Under the pieces are notes generated by a model. That model did no database searches. It was not told the DNA's origin and saw only the letters and a list, made by a program, of their open reading frames with translations. This document shows, piece by piece, positions 9,050-17,289 of a stretch of DNA of 64,000 nt. Every line of letters starts with the position of its first letter. Positions within the stretch are counted from its first letter, which is position 1. This DNA comes from Desulfobacterales bacterium (lineage in GTDB: Bacteria > Desulfobacterota > Desulfobacteria > Desulfobacterales > UBA5852), in NCBI GenBank assembly GCA_963674755.2, contig CAXXVS010000002.1, positions 1,376,001 through 1,440,000 of the forward strand, given 5' to 3'. Both the position numbers and the translations under genes were made by a program.

Positions 9050-10189
9050 ATGGCGATCACCGCAACCATTGACGTCAGTCAGCAGGATCTGCTGGCAAGT
9101 TTGAAGACATTTGCTACCACCCTTCTCGAACAGGAGGCCATCCAAGCCATCTTGGTCCCCCAGCGGCTTCCCACGAAAGGCATGGTGATGCCCACCCTGG
9201 TGACCGATCCGGCGCACCTGGACGGGCTGGATCCCCTCTCCCCGGCCTTTCCCATGAACGGGGCCAAGGTGCTGGCCAAGCTGACCCGCCGCCCCTCCGG
9301 GGGCAAGATCGCGGCCCTCCTGCGCCCTTGTGAAATGCGCGCCTTCATTGAGCTCGTCAAGCTCAAGCAGGCCCGCACCGAGGACGTCGTATTGATCGGC
9401 CTGGACTGTCTGGGGGCCTTGCGCAACACCGATTATTTCCGCTTCGCGGGCGACGATGCCGAGGCGGCCACACGCCGCTTCACCGAGGCCATGCTGTCCG
9501 GTCAGAACGGCGCCCTGGACGGTATCGAGCTGACCGCCGCCTGCCAGGCCTGTGAAGCCTCGATCCCCACCGTGGCGGACATCGCCATCGGTTTGTGGGG
9601 CGTCGACACCAACCGGCACCTGCTGGTGGAAGCGCAAACCCCGGCCGGGGAGCAACTCTTGCAGCAGATGGGGCTGCCGGCCGGCGAAGTCCCGGCCAAA
9701 CGCCAGGAAGCGCTTAAAAAGCTGCGTGAAACCCGCACGGCCCACCGGGACGAGATGTTTGCCGCCACGGCGGCGGCCACCGACAGCATCGAGAAACTCA
9801 ACGCCTATCTGGCCAATTGCGTCAACTGCTACAATTGCCGGGTGGCCTGTCCGGTCTGCTACTGCAAGGAATGCGTGTTCGTGACGGATGTCTTCAATCA
9901 CGAACCGGCCCAGTATCTGCGCTGGGCCCAGCGTAAGGGGGCCGTCAAAATGCCCACGGACACGGTTTTTTATCACCTGACACGCCTCACCCACATGAGC
10001 ACCGCCTGCGTGGGCTGCGGCCAGTGCTCCAACGCCTGTCCCAACGATATTCCGGTGATGGAGCTCTTCCGGCTGGTGGCCCATCGCACCCAGGACGCCT
10101 TTGCCTACGAAGCCGGCCGGGATGTGACGGAAAAGCCGCCGCTGTCGGAGTTCAAGGAGGATGAATTCCAGGAAGTGGTGGGACTCTAA
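9050..10189 (+). CDS. FdhB/FrhB-like iron-sulfur protein
   Basis: RPCEMRA..ELVKLKQ, IGLDCLG, CVNCYNCRVACPVCYCKEC, CVGCGQCSNACP. Confidence 0.8.
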   Translation: MAITATIDVSQQDLLASLKTFATTLLEQEAIQAILVPQRLPTKGMVMPTLVTDPAHLDGLDPLSPAFPMNGAKVLAKLTRRPSGGKIAALLRPCEMRAFIELVKLKQARTEDVVLIGLDCLGALRNTDYFRFAGDDAEAATRRFTEAMLSGQNGALDGIELTAACQACEASIPTVADIAIGLWGVDTNRHLLVEAQTPAGEQLLQQMGLPAGEVPAKRQEALKKLRETRTAHRDEMFAATAAATDSIEKLNAYLANCVNCYNCRVACPVCYCKECVFVTDVFNHEPAQYLRWAQRKGAVKMPTDTVFYHLTRLTHMSTACVGCGQCSNACPNDIPVMELFRLVAHRTQDAFAYEAGRDVTEKPPLSEFKEDEFQEVVGL

Positions 10190-10304
10190 GCGCGCATTTC
10201 CCCTGGCGCAACCGGCGCGGGGACCGGGCGTGGCAGCACCCTCGCCTGGTGTGAATACCGGCACTTCCCGCGCCGGACGGCAACAACCGGTGGAGAGAGC
10301 ATCT

Positions 10305-13300
10305 ATGCAGACGAAAATCGGCAAGGCACTTGTGATCGGCGCCGGCATCAGCGGTATTCGTGCCGCCCTGGACCTTGCAGAATTCGGCTACGGGGTCACC
10401 CTCGTCGAGCGCGCGCCGCATATCGGCGGCATCTTGAGCCAGTTGGACTACCAATTCCCGACCGACCGCTGCGGCATGTGCAAAATGCTGCCGCTGGTGG
10501 AGCGGGATGCCGGCTCCCAGTTCTGCCTGCGCAAGGGCTTGTTCCACGACAATATCGATATCCGTCTTTCCACGCAGCTGGCCTCGGTGGAAGGCGAACC
10601 CGGCCAGTTCAAAGTCACCCTGCGCCAGGAGAACAATCCGGTGGACCCGGGACTATGCATCGGCTGCGGCAAATGCGTAGACGTCTGCCCGGTGGAAACA
10701 GAAGACCGCTTCAACGCCGGCCTGGCCAAACGCAAGGCCATCTATCTGCCGGTACCCCATGCGATCCCCAATGCCTACCGCATCGATCCCGCGGTCTGCA
10801 ACCAGTGCGGCGCCTGCCAGAAGGCCTGCCCCACCGGAGCGATTCAGCTGAAAGACGAAGGCCGACAGAATTTCAAAATTCTGGTGGTGGATGACGAGCT
10901 GATCGTGCGCGACTCCCTCAAGGAATGGCTCGAAGTGGAGGGAGGGTTTGCGGTGAGCATGGCCGAGAGCGGTGCCCAAGCCTTGGAGCATATCAAGAAT
11001 GAGGGCTGCCAGCTCATGCTGCTCGACATCAAGATGCCTGGTATGGACGGGGTGGAGGTTCTCCAGAAGGCCAAGGACCTCTTTCCGGAACTGCCCGTGG
11101 TGATGATGACGGCTTACGCCACCGTAGAAACCGCGGTGGAGGCCATGAAGATCGGGGCCCTGGACTACCTTATCAAGCCCTTCGACCCGGATGCTCTGAT
11201 TCCCAAGATCATCCAAATCTATCAGGCCCTGAGCACGCCGGCCGGCCCCGAGTTGGAGGTGGGGGCCATCGTGGTCAGCGGTGGCACCAGCTACTATGAC
11301 CCCGCTCAGGGCAAAGACACCCACGGCTATGCCACCCTGCCGGATGTCGTGACGAGCATCGAATTCGAGCGCCTGCTCAGTGGCACCGGGCCCTCGGCCG
11401 GCAAGCTGGTACGGCCCTCGGACGGGCGTCCCGTGCGTTCCATCGCCTGGCTCCAGTGCGTGGGCTCGCGGGATATCCAGAGCGACGCCGATTTTTGTTC
11501 CACCATCTGCTGCATGTACGCCATCAAGGAGGCCATGGTGGCGCGTCGGCGGGCCGCCGAAGCCGGGGCTTCCATCGACACCGCGATCTACTACATGGAC
11601 ATGCGCACCTTCGGCAAGTCCTTCCAGCGCTACCGGGACCGTTCAGAAGCCGAAGGGGTGGCCTTCAAACGCGGGCGCGTGCATACCGTGGTTCCGGACC
11701 AAACGACCGACGATCTTCAAATCCGCTGGGTGCAGACCGACGGCACGGTACAGGTCGACCATGCCGATCTGGTGGTCCTGAGCATCGGCCAGCGGCCGGC
11801 CGAGGGCGCCCAGGCCCTCATGGAAACCCTGGGCATCGGGGAGAATCCCTGGGGCTTTGCCCGCACCGAACCCTTCTCCCTGACCCGCACCGCGCGTCCC
11901 GGTATCGTAGCCTCGGGCTCGTTTGCCGGTTTGAAGGATATCAGCGAATCCGTCATTCAGGCCAGTGCGGCCGCTCTGGCCGCCTCCCAGACCATTCACA
12001 GCGCCGGCGGCAGCATCGGCATCAAAGAATCCGAAGCCCCGGCCTACGAGAACGTCAGCCGGCAGCTTCCGCGCACCCTGGTGGCGGTCTGCACCTGCGA
12101 CGGTGCCGTTGCCGAACGGATCGACCGCCAAGCCCTGGAGGCCCACCTGACCCGTGATCCCGCCGTGGATCAGGTCCATTTCCAGGAACGCCTTTGCACG
12201 GCCGAGGGCTGGACCGATCTCGAAAAAACGATCCGGCGCCAGCGGCCCAACCGGCTCCTGATCGGCGCCTGTCTGCCCTATGGCTTCGTGCGTAAGCTGA
12301 AACAACTGGGCCGCGATGTTGCCCTGGATCCGCGCCTCATGGAGGTGGTGGACATCCGCACGCACACGCTGGCCGCAGAACCGGACGATGCGTCGACAGG
12401 GCCCGACCTCCCGGCAGCCCTCATCAAACGAACCCTGGCCATGGGTGTCACCCGGTTGCAGCATGCCTCGCCGCTGCCGGTGGCCACGGTACCGGTGTTC
12501 CAACGCGCTCTGGTGGTGGGCGGCGGCATTGCCGGCATGACGGCAGCCCTGTCCATCGCCGACCACGGTTTCGGAGTGGACCTGGTGGAACAGGGCGACC
12601 AACTCGGCGGGAACCTGCACTGGCTGCGCCACACGATCGACGGCGAAGAAACCACCCCCTTGCTCGAAACGACTTGCAGCCGGGTGGAAGGCCATCCCCA
12701 AATCGAGGTCCACACGGCCACCCGCATCGTGGCCGCTTTCGGTCAGGCCGGCGCCTTCTATACCACCCTCGAAGACAGCGAGGGCAAGGCCCGCCAGATC
12801 ACCCACGGGGCTGCTATTCTGGCCACCGGGGGCACTGAGGCCACCACGACCAGCTACGGTTACGGCGCCAGCGAGCGGATCATCACCCAGAAAATCCTGG
12901 AAACCCGGCTCCACGACGGCACCCTCGACCCGAAAGATCTCAAAAGCGTGGTCATGATCCAGTGCGTGGACTCGCGGGAGGAACCCCGCAACTACTGCAG
13001 CCGGGTATGCTGCCCGACCACCCTCAAGCATGCCCTGGCCCTCAAAGCGGCCAACCCCGCGTTGCCCATCGTGGTCTTCTACCGCGACATGATGGCCACC
13101 GGTTTCCTGGAAACCTATTTCACCCAGGCCCGCAAGGCCGGGGTGATCTTCATCCCCTACCGTCTGGACAATAAGCCGCAGGTCACGGCGGCCGGCGACG
13201 GGGGAACGATCGAGGTTGCCGGCCAGGAACCGTTTCTCGATCGACCGGTCACCATTGCAGCGGACCTGCTGGTGCTGGCGACCGGCATCGTACCGGCCCT

Positions 13301-13751
13301 GGCCCCGGAACTGGCCGAAGCCTACGGGGTCGATCGCGACCAGGATGCCTTTTTCCAGCAAGCCGAATCCAAGTGGCGGCCGGTGGATGCCCTCAAGGAA
13401 GGCGTCTTCGCCTGCGGGATCTGCCTGTCCCCGCGCAATGTGGAGGAATCCATCGCCACGGCGGAAGCCGCCGCCGAACGGGCCCTGCGCATCGTGGCCA
13501 GCGAGCGGGTGGCGGCGGGCAGCATCATCGCCGGCGTCCATGAAAGCCTATGCGCGCTGTGCGAACGCTGCATCGAGGCCTGTCCCTACGGCGCCCGGCT
13601 GCTGGATCCGGATGAAGACCGCATCGTGGTCAATCCGGTCATGTGCCAGGGCTGCGGGGCCTGTGCCGCCGTCTGTCCCAATGATGCCGCCTATGTAGAA
13701 GGATTCGATGCCGATCGGCTGTTGGACGTGATCGATGCGGCCCTTAATTAG
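10305..13751 (+). CDS. hdrA: Double-domain HdrA-like flavoprotein with an internal response-regulator receiver domain
   Basis: Two FAD-binding HdrA repeats (GAGISG..CVGSRD..CSTICC; GGGIAG..CVDSRE..CSRVCC), ferredoxin motifs, and a complete REC at ~10872-11231. Confidence 0.9.
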   Translation: MQTKIGKALVIGAGISGIRAALDLAEFGYGVTLVERAPHIGGILSQLDYQFPTDRCGMCKMLPLVERDAGSQFCLRKGLFHDNIDIRLSTQLASVEGEPGQFKVTLRQENNPVDPGLCIGCGKCVDVCPVETEDRFNAGLAKRKAIYLPVPHAIPNAYRIDPAVCNQCGACQKACPTGAIQLKDEGRQNFKILVVDDELIVRDSLKEWLEVEGGFAVSMAESGAQALEHIKNEGCQLMLLDIKMPGMDGVEVLQKAKDLFPELPVVMMTAYATVETAVEAMKIGALDYLIKPFDPDALIPKIIQIYQALSTPAGPELEVGAIVVSGGTSYYDPAQGKDTHGYATLPDVVTSIEFERLLSGTGPSAGKLVRPSDGRPVRSIAWLQCVGSRDIQSDADFCSTICCMYAIKEAMVARRRAAEAGASIDTAIYYMDMRTFGKSFQRYRDRSEAEGVAFKRGRVHTVVPDQTTDDLQIRWVQTDGTVQVDHADLVVLSIGQRPAEGAQALMETLGIGENPWGFARTEPFSLTRTARPGIVASGSFAGLKDISESVIQASAAALAASQTIHSAGGSIGIKESEAPAYENVSRQLPRTLVAVCTCDGAVAERIDRQALEAHLTRDPAVDQVHFQERLCTAEGWTDLEKTIRRQRPNRLLIGACLPYGFVRKLKQLGRDVALDPRLMEVVDIRTHTLAAEPDDASTGPDLPAALIKRTLAMGVTRLQHASPLPVATVPVFQRALVVGGGIAGMTAALSIADHGFGVDLVEQGDQLGGNLHWLRHTIDGEETTPLLETTCSRVEGHPQIEVHTATRIVAAFGQAGAFYTTLEDSEGKARQITHGAAILATGGTEATTTSYGYGASERIITQKILETRLHDGTLDPKDLKSVVMIQCVDSREEPRNYCSRVCCPTTLKHALALKAANPALPIVVFYRDMMATGFLETYFTQARKAGVIFIPYRLDNKPQVTAAGDGGTIEVAGQEPFLDRPVTIAADLLVLATGIVPALAPELAEAYGVDRDQDAFFQQAESKWRPVDALKEGVFACGICLSPRNVEESIATAEAAAERALRIVASERVAAGSIIAGVHESLCALCERCIEACPYGARLLDPDEDRIVVNPVMCQGCGACAAVCPNDAAYVEGFDADRLLDVIDAALN

Positions 13752-13780
13752 ATTATCAAGTTATGAAAACTTACCCAAAT

Positions 13781-13925
13781 AGTGTCCGTCCAGAGATGGT
13801 AGATTTTGGTTCCTGGCAAGGCCGCAGCCGACGGGTGCCCGCAGGCGTAGCCCGGCTACGCCGAGGACCGACAGGAGGCGAGAACGCCGCCAGGGATCGA
13901 AAGATGCCATCTCTGGATGGACACT
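13781..13925. mobile_element. MITE-like ~145-bp element with imperfect terminal inverted repeats
   Basis: AGTGTCCGTCCAGAGATGG... / ...CCATCTCTGGATGGACACT, ~37-bp imperfect IR; internal perfect hairpin GGCGTAGC-CCG-GCTACGCC. Confidence 0.6.
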
Positions 13926-13939
13926 GAAAAGGAGCTGCC

Positions 13940-14524
13940 ATGACTCTCTCGCCCCCCTCCCGCCGGGAAAGCGGGGCCCATCCCGCCCCGGAGGCCCTGG
14001 AGCCCATCCAGGAGAAGATCAGGGCCTGCATCCAGTGCGGGACCTGCACCGCCTCCTGCCCGAACGAATTTGCCATGGATCTCACGCCTCGCCATCTATG
14101 GCGCATGGTGCTCATGGGGGAAACCGAGGCCATCTTCGCCAGCCAGACCTTCACCCTCTGCTCGGCCTGCTACTCCTGCACGCTACGCTGCCCGCGTGGT
14201 CTGCCGCTGACCGAGGCCATGCACGACCTCAAGCAGATGGCCTATCGCGGCCGCATGGCACGCTACAAACCCAGCACCGCCTTTTACGGCCACTTTATGG
14301 ACACCATTCGCCGCCACGGCCGGATCCGGGAAACCGAATTCATCTCCCGCTACTTCATGACCATGGCACCCAGCAAGCCGTTGCTCCCGCTCGGCTATAG
14401 CGGGCTCGGATGGCGGCTGCTGCGTAAAGGAAAAATGGCCATCGAATACCCTTTTGCGGCCCCGGGCAAGCGTTCCCTGGAAAAGGTCTTTCAAAAAGCT
14501 GAAAGCATGGAGGCATCCGAATGA
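13940..14524 (+). CDS. hdrC: HdrC-like 2x[4Fe-4S] subunit
   Basis: CIQCGTCTASCP and CSACYSCTLRCPRG; overlaps the hdrB start. Confidence 0.85.
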   Translation: MTLSPPSRRESGAHPAPEALEPIQEKIRACIQCGTCTASCPNEFAMDLTPRHLWRMVLMGETEAIFASQTFTLCSACYSCTLRCPRGLPLTEAMHDLKQMAYRGRMARYKPSTAFYGHFMDTIRRHGRIRETEFISRYFMTMAPSKPLLPLGYSGLGWRLLRKGKMAIEYPFAAPGKRSLEKVFQKAESMEASE

Positions 14525-15402
14525 GCTACCTCTACTATCCCGGCTGTTCGCTGACCGGAACCGCGCGGGAGTACGACCTGGCCACCCGCGCCGTGATGGA
14601 CGCCATGGGTGTCCCGCTCACCGAATTGGAGGAGTGGACCTGCTGCGGGGCCAGTGCCGCCGAAGCCTGCTCCGAGTTGCTGGCCCTGGCCCTGCCGGCT
14701 ATCAATCTGGCGATCGCCGAGAAAATGGACGGCAAGCAGGACGTCCTGGTGCCCTGCAGTGCCTGCTATCTCAATTTAAAAAAAGCCAACGAGACCCTGC
14801 GGCAGGACGGCAAGACCCGGGAACGGGTCAACAGCGTCCTGGCCGAAAAGGAACTAACCCTGAAGGGGTCGGTGGGGGTGCGGCACCTTCTGGACGTGCT
14901 GGCCACCGACCTGGGGGCGGAGACGGTGCGCCGGAAGGTCAAGGTAGACCTGTCGCATCTGACCATCGCCCCCTATTACGGCTGCCAGTGCCTGCGACCC
15001 TATGCGGTGTTCGACGACCCTGAAGAGCCCCGCAGCATGGAACCGCTGATCCGGGCCACGGGGGCCCGGGTGCATCCCTGGCAGATGGGGGCCAAATGCT
15101 GCGGCGCCTCCCACATGAATACCAAGATGGAAGTGGCCCTGGAACTGGTGCACGCCATCCTGCAGGCCGCCCGTGGCGCCGATGCCATCGTGACGGTCTG
15201 CCCCATGTGCCAGATGAACCTGGAGGCCTATCAGGACAAGATCAACCGGCGCTACGGCGACGTATCCTCGGTGACGATTCTCTATTTGCCCCAGTTGATC
15301 GGCATGGCCTTCGGGATTTCCGACGAAGACCTGGGCCTGGGCCTGAACCTGGCCATCGACGACCGTTTTCTTAGCAAACACAAGACAGCCGTCCCGGCCT
15401 GA
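14521..15402 (+). CDS. hdrB: Heterodisulfide reductase subunit B
   Basis: YYPGCS, WTCCGA, PCSAC, YYGC, KCCGA, CPMCQMNL (two complete CCG domains). Confidence 0.92.
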   Translation: MSYLYYPGCSLTGTAREYDLATRAVMDAMGVPLTELEEWTCCGASAAEACSELLALALPAINLAIAEKMDGKQDVLVPCSACYLNLKKANETLRQDGKTRERVNSVLAEKELTLKGSVGVRHLLDVLATDLGAETVRRKVKVDLSHLTIAPYYGCQCLRPYAVFDDPEEPRSMEPLIRATGARVHPWQMGAKCCGASHMNTKMEVALELVHAILQAARGADAIVTVCPMCQMNLEAYQDKINRRYGDVSSVTILYLPQLIGMAFGISDEDLGLGLNLAIDDRFLSKHKTAVPA

Positions 15403-15527
15403 GTGTGCAGCGGCTCATATGGGAGTCGAGATGAAAAGAGAATTCCTGCATAATCGAAAAAGGTATCAAGGAAAACTTGGTGGGCGTCCAATGCTGGATT
15501 TCAGAAGCTGCGGCATGTTTCCCTTTG

Positions 15528-15705
15528 TCCCCGCGCCGAGTATCGGCGATGGGGCCGCAGAAAAACGCGCGGACCTGTTTGAGTCCGCCGCAGGCCGGCG
15601 AGTTTCCGCGTGCTCCGGCCTCGACGAGGACGCGCAGGACAGCCCCGTAAGGGCCGCGGGATACGGGCGTCTCCTTCTGGCTCGCTTTCTTCCACGTGGA
15701 AGAAA
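15528..15705. repeat. Structured intergenic element (nested stems ending in a perfect 20-bp palindrome)
   Basis: CCCGCG 15530/CGCGGG 15655; CGCGGA 15568/TCCGCG 15605; palindrome TTTCTTCCACGTGGAAGAAA 15686-15705. Confidence 0.45.
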
Positions 15706-15799
15706 ATGAACAGAAAGGCATGGGCAAAAGACAAAACCTATCCTGTCCCTCCATTTGAGGGGACGTTCACGGTTTAAACGAAGCATAAAGGAGATCATC

Positions 15800-17098
15800 A
15801 TGGGCGAAGCAGCCATCCAAATCGAACCTGAACGGTCCAGTGCCTTCCTATATCACGTGAAGGAGATGCTGCCGGAGGGTGGCAATCTGGACCTCTGTCT
15901 GACCTGCGGAGCCTGCGCGTCGGGGTGCCCGGCCACCGGCCTGCACGGCATGGACCCGCGCAAATTCCTGCGCATGGCCGCCCTGGGTCTGGACGAGGAG
16001 ATCACCAGCACGCCATGGGTCTGGATGTGCAGCATGTGCCAGCGCTGCATCTATGTCTGCCCCATGAAAATCGACATTCCGGCCCTGGTTTACCAGGCGC
16101 GGGCCGCCTGGCCGCGCGAAGAGCGCCCCAAGGGCATCCTGGGATCCTGCGACATGGCCCTGCGCAACGAAAGCTGCAGTGCCATGGGCGCTTCGCCGGA
16201 AGATTTCCAGTTTGTGGTGGAGGACGTTCTGGAGGAAGTCCGTGAAAGCCAGCCCGGCTTCGAAGACCTGCAGGCTCCCGTCGACAAGCAGGGGGCCCAC
16301 TTCTTCCTGAACCAGAACTCCCGGGAACCGGTCACCGAGCCGGATGAAATGGTCCCGCTCTGGAAGATCCTGCACCATGTCGGGGCGGACTGGACTTATG
16401 GCAGCAAAGGCTGGGGGGGAGAAAACTACTGCATGTTCCTGGCCGACGACGAGAACTGGAAACACGTGGTGGCCACCAGCATCGGGCAGGCCAACGACCT
16501 GGGGTGCAAGGTCTACCTCAACACCGAGTGAGGGCACGTCACGTACGCTGTCCGGGCCGGACAGAAAAAATTCAACATCGCCACCGATCTTGAAATTGCC
16601 AGTATCTACCAATACTACGCCCGCTGGATTCGGGAAGGCAAACTCAACGTCAACAGCGACTGGAATAAAGATCTGAAAATCAAGTTCACGGTGCAGGATC
16701 CCTGCCAGATCGTGCGCAAGAGCTACGGCGATCCCGTGGCCGACGATCTGCGCTACGTCGTCAAGACCCTGGTGGGGGAAGATAATTTCATCGACATGTA
16801 TCCCAACAAATCCAATAACTACTGCTGCGGGGGCGGAGGTGGCTTTTTGCAGTCGGGCTACAACGAAGAACGACGAGAATACGGCCGTCTCAAACTGGAC
16901 CAGATTCTGGCCACCGGGGCTGACTACTGCATCGCGGCCTGTCACAACTGCCATGCCCAGATCCACGATCTGGCCGAACATTTCGAGGCCGCCTATCACA
17001 CCGTGCACCTGTGGACGCTGATTTGCCTGTCTTTGGGGATTTTGGGTGAAAATGAACGGGAGTACCTCGGGCCGGATTTGGCCGAAGTCGGTTTATAG
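15800..17098 (+). CDS. Selenocysteine-containing DsrK/HmcF/HdrD-like (2x[4Fe-4S] + CCG) oxidoreductase, 432 aa
   Basis: ORFs 15755-16531 and 16691-17098 are in the same frame; TGA at 16529-16531 gives NTE-U-GH at the ECGH Cys position; QDPC..NYCCGGGGG..ACHNC downstream. Confidence 0.88.
16548..16564 (+). promoter_or_regulatory. Putative bacterial SECIS hairpin
   Basis: CTGTCCG-GGC-CGGACAG beginning after a 16-nt spacer 3' of the TGA; G-led loop. Confidence 0.75.
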
Positions 17099-17289
17099 AG
17101 GAGGAAGAGATGCATGCCGTACCATCTGCGGTGAGTCACTGCCCCGTTCATTAGGCAGATCCGCAGATGATCCGCCAACGTCCGGCTGTCATGGCATAAT
17201 GAAACGGCGTGCCACCGCATCTCCCTCAATGGCACGACCGGGCTTTGTTTTGATCCCGCGGACGGTCGCTGAAAGAAAAAACAATTATT

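Noticed and set aside
16529..16531. Reading the two TGA codons (also 49126-49128) as nonsense pseudogenes or split genes
   Set aside because: Same position in both paralogs, at a conserved Cys site, with frame continuity and covarying hairpins; Sec recoding is more parsimonious
5091..17098. Class II benzoyl-CoA reductase (Bam) or Flx-Hdr assignment
   Set aside because: No tungstopterin BamB/AOR subunit and no FlxABCD genes in the window
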